DNA from: Raillietiella orientalis
Taxonomy: Eukaryota
DNA: 64,000 bases
Assembly: GCA_036172245.1 (NCBI GenBank)
Contig: JAYWIR010000027.1
Location: 992,001 to 1,056,000 of the forward strand
Direction: 5' to 3'
Each line of letters opens with the position of its first letter. Positions within the stretch are counted from its first letter, which is position 1. The position numbers were made by a program, and so were the translations under genes. A model generated the notes under the pieces. The model was not told the DNA's origin, did no database searches, and was given only the letters and a program-made list of their open reading frames with translations. Positions 60,780-64,000 of the stretch are shown here, piece after piece.

Positions 60780-61600
60780 AACCGACAATGTGCCGCCCCC
60801 TGCTGAACAGGAGGATCAATGGCATCATCACGCGTCGCTTCCTATACGAGGGGACCCCTCCCCCCTCTCTGAGCGGATCCCAGCTGGGAACAGTCGACCA
60901 GGTTGCTTTTGGCGGCCGGAAGTTACTATGGGGCATGCCGGAGGAAGGACCGACCATCCCGTAGGCTTGCCTGCAATCAACAATCTCATGGGCTGCTTGG
61001 TCTTTTTTTTCCTCTCCCTTCTCTGGATGTCCTGAACGCCTCTGCCACGTTTTCAGCTAGAGCACAAGCGACCAGCATCTTCCTCTGGACCTGGAGGGCC
61101 AGTCGCAACCCACAGAGCCTGCGCCGCAGACCGAGCTTACGAGGGTCCGGGCAAACCGGACGTCATGATCCGTTCGAAGTGCGGGGGGTAGGTCGAGATC
61201 ATCTCACGTCCCGAAAGAGCTGCTCTTTCTCCCTTGCCTCCGGCGGGCACCAATTGCCCCGAAGGAGCAGGAAATGGGTACTTCGCATCGTAGTGGCGAG
61301 GCGTCAGCGACTCAATGACGTTCGCTCTAACTGCCATCGCAGCGAGGCGCGGCGATCCCCATCTGGTAGACGCACGGTCATCCAGGACGGGATCACAACT
61401 GGGCCGAGCAGGGCGGGAACACAGCCGCCACCCACTCCTTGCCGCACGTCCCGTACACCTGGGATCTCCTGCCAGGGGACGCGCCGGGCATCGATGCTTC
61501 GCAGTTAATCCAGTTAGGACGAAACGTCCACACCCTCGCATTCGCGATCGCCGCCTGCGGCGCCTCCGGATCCGCGCCAAAAGGCACGACTCCTTCCTCG
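60780..61600 (-). mobile_element. decayed SGNH-hydrolase-like ORF repeat
   Basis: ISTYPPHFERIMTSGLPGPS matches STYPPDFER/VSGLPEPS at 56140-56195. Confidence 0.5.
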
Positions 61601-62899
61601 GCCGCACCAAGGAGACGGAGCAGGAAAAAATGGCGATCCTGGTCAGGCCATCAAGAGGCTTCCCGGCGCTGGCGACCTGATCTCACGCGCTGAGGGAAAA
61701 GGAATCTCGACATGGAATGGTGGAGGTGCGGCCCATTCGAAAACGAAAGGGTGGCTTTCAGGAAGGCGCGCGTGCGGCAGGGAAGAGAGAAGGAAGATGT
61801 CGGGGCTGCGCGCCCTCTTCCTGTCGCTCCTGGGGTCAGCCCGCATGACCACCTTTGGTCCATCGGGACTGATCCTGGGACTCCAAGGACGACGCGAACT
61901 TCCGTCGCCGACCAACCTCCTCCATCGACAGGGAGGAAGTAATGGGCCCGGGTCTACTCAGAGAAGCCCGTAACTGCTTCATCCCATCCGACCCCTCGGG
62001 ACAGCTTCCCTGCAGGAGGTACGACGGGATCTCAGGAAGTGGGCCTCTTCACACCACCCCCGTAGCCGTAGCTGCGTGATCCCTATGGTGGCGTGATGGC
62101 AGCGGTCGTCCAGCTAGGCGGGAGGTCAGCAAACAGATGAGCGGCCTGTCGATCTTTCGGGCGCCACGACAGCGAGTGTCCGCGAGCAAAGGCTGCACTG
62201 AAGTGCAAGCCATCTCGATATCTCCCTGGATGAACCAGTGGCCACCACTGTCCTCCTTGGAATTCTCCTCCGCTGGCAGCACGCAGTGACTCTCCCCCAG
62301 CACTGCGGTGCCCCGGTCCCGAACTCTGTCAGGACCTGCCTCTGTGCTGCGAGTTCCCTCGCAGCGGGTGGCAGTTAGTCGCAGCAACCCCCTGACAGCC
62401 CGGGAGAGAGGAGGGGGAAAACAATTTCTCTCTGCAGCCTCTACGTCGGTCCTTTGCCCCGCAAAGACGCTCCGACCACCGGGGTACGGCGATGTCGTTC
62501 TGCGTCCGAGGAGCAGCTCGAGTCACCGCGCGGCGGAACGGCGGCCGCTCCGGATGGTGGTCGATCGCTTCATCACATTCGTGATGCGGGATCGGCAGGA
62601 CGACTTCCTCCCTCCCCCGAAGCCAAAGAGGATGGCGTTTACCGGACGGCGGGAAGGCTGCAAGAAAGACGGCAATCCCAATGACCTTTCTTCTTCCACA
62701 GTAAGCGTTCGCGTCCTATATTTCCTCATCTCACACCTTTATTTCTTCATCCCCCCTTGACCTCCCTGACCCGTCCATGTTGAGCTCATTTGTTTATTTA
62801 TTCTCCTCTTAGCCTGCGTGCCTGCGTTCCCTGATTCGTGCCCCCAGGACACAAGAGCATGTGTTTGCTCACTCCGAATAGGAATCTCGGCATGATAGA

Positions 62900-64000
62900 G
62901 CTGGAAACGGCTAGAAGAGACTGGTAAGGTCGGAGCCAAGCAGCTATCCTCCTAACATCCGTTACCCAGGATACCGGTCCACGCGAATTAGAGCCGGATC
63001 GAACCTTGAGGGTCCGCACTCGCGTGGCAGCTACCAATCCGAACAAGATGGAAGAGCACGGAAAGGTCACCTCACGCCATCGCAGCTGCGAGCTGCGCTT
63101 CGTATATCTCTGCATTGCTCGCCAGACGGCTGGACTACTTAGAAGGTGGAAGTAGAAGACCACGCAAGGATCGGTCTCTTTCTCCAATCATAGGTGAACA
63201 GGACTTCCTGGCCATCGGATCCTAGGTGCCACTCTCAGGATACCTCGAGATCCTGGAGTTTCTTCCCTATGATCAGTGAACTAAAGGACCTTCTTCCGGA
63301 GGTCTCCTGCAGGTCGTCCCTAGGCTGCTCCCTCCCAGAGAGTGGCAAGTGGAAAGAGAGATGGCCCATGAGTTTTTGCCACGTTCATGCGAGCGCCATG
63401 GTGGCTGCGAGCACGCCGTGATCCCGGTCTCTTCCCAGTCAACTCGATGGACTCAGTCATTCGGCCATCGCGCGAGATGAGCAGTTGACGGGAAGAAAAA
63501 TGCTCTGCTGCTTGCTGGCTTTCTGGTCTTCCGGAAAGAGGAATGCCACTGGCTTTTGCAAATCCGGCAGGCCGTCTGGAGGACGCGGTCGTACACCTGG
63601 GTCTCTTGCTCGCCGAAGAACTGCGATGTCTGGAAGCCGGGAACAGTTCAGGCATGGGCGAAGGTCAGCTGCACGACTCCTGAGACGCAACGCCTGCAGC
63701 ACTTGAGTTTAGGCGCGCCACTCGCTGAATGGGATGATGGAGTGCCGGAGCAGACCCCGTTGACCCAGCAGAGTCCCCTTACCGCGAGACTGTCGCTCCT
63801 GTGGAACAACCAAAACGGTCTCCCACACATCAAGATGGGAAGTGATCTGCGACATCTCAGGAAAGGCGAAACACCCTTGGGATGCTGGACGGCGCGTCAG
63901 CTGGCTGAATCTCCCACCTCCGCCGCATTCTGCTGAGCGGGTCTCCTCGGAATCCCGTTGGAAAGAGTGGAGGTCCCTGCGGCGTTCCTCGACTGCTCCG
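62900..64000 (+). mobile_element. decayed Tx1/L1-like LINE ORF2 (runs off the window end)
   Basis: AFWSSGK...RPSGGRG..P, GTVQAWAK (compare EIVRTWAK at about 48030), LLWNNQN. Confidence 0.55.

Overview
GC-rich animal genomic DNA, probably arthropod. It is not prokaryotic: I found no operons, CRISPR array or rRNA. One intact host gene can be reconstructed by hand on the minus strand (8382-15141). It has 12 coding exons, all GT-AG with consistent phases, and encodes a 671-aa protein with a signal peptide, two copies of a Cys-rich module, a Pro-rich stalk and a GPI-like tail, resembling the arthropod DUF7042/7043/7044-type proteins. No single ORF in the supplied track represents it. The rest is mostly decayed transposons: mariner, CMC/EnSpm-like, PIF/Harbinger, hAT, Tx1/L1-like LINEs and Penelope-like fragments. 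The less familiar elements are (i) a dispersed family of about 1-kb decayed SGNH-hydrolase-like ORFs with no adjacent RT, (ii) a long SINE with a double tRNA-like head, (iii) a near-perfect 124-bp direct repeat flanking old TE debris, and (iv) a short repeat with a perfect palindrome in one copy only. TE assignments come from reading motifs by eye across frameshifts, and their boundaries are approximate.
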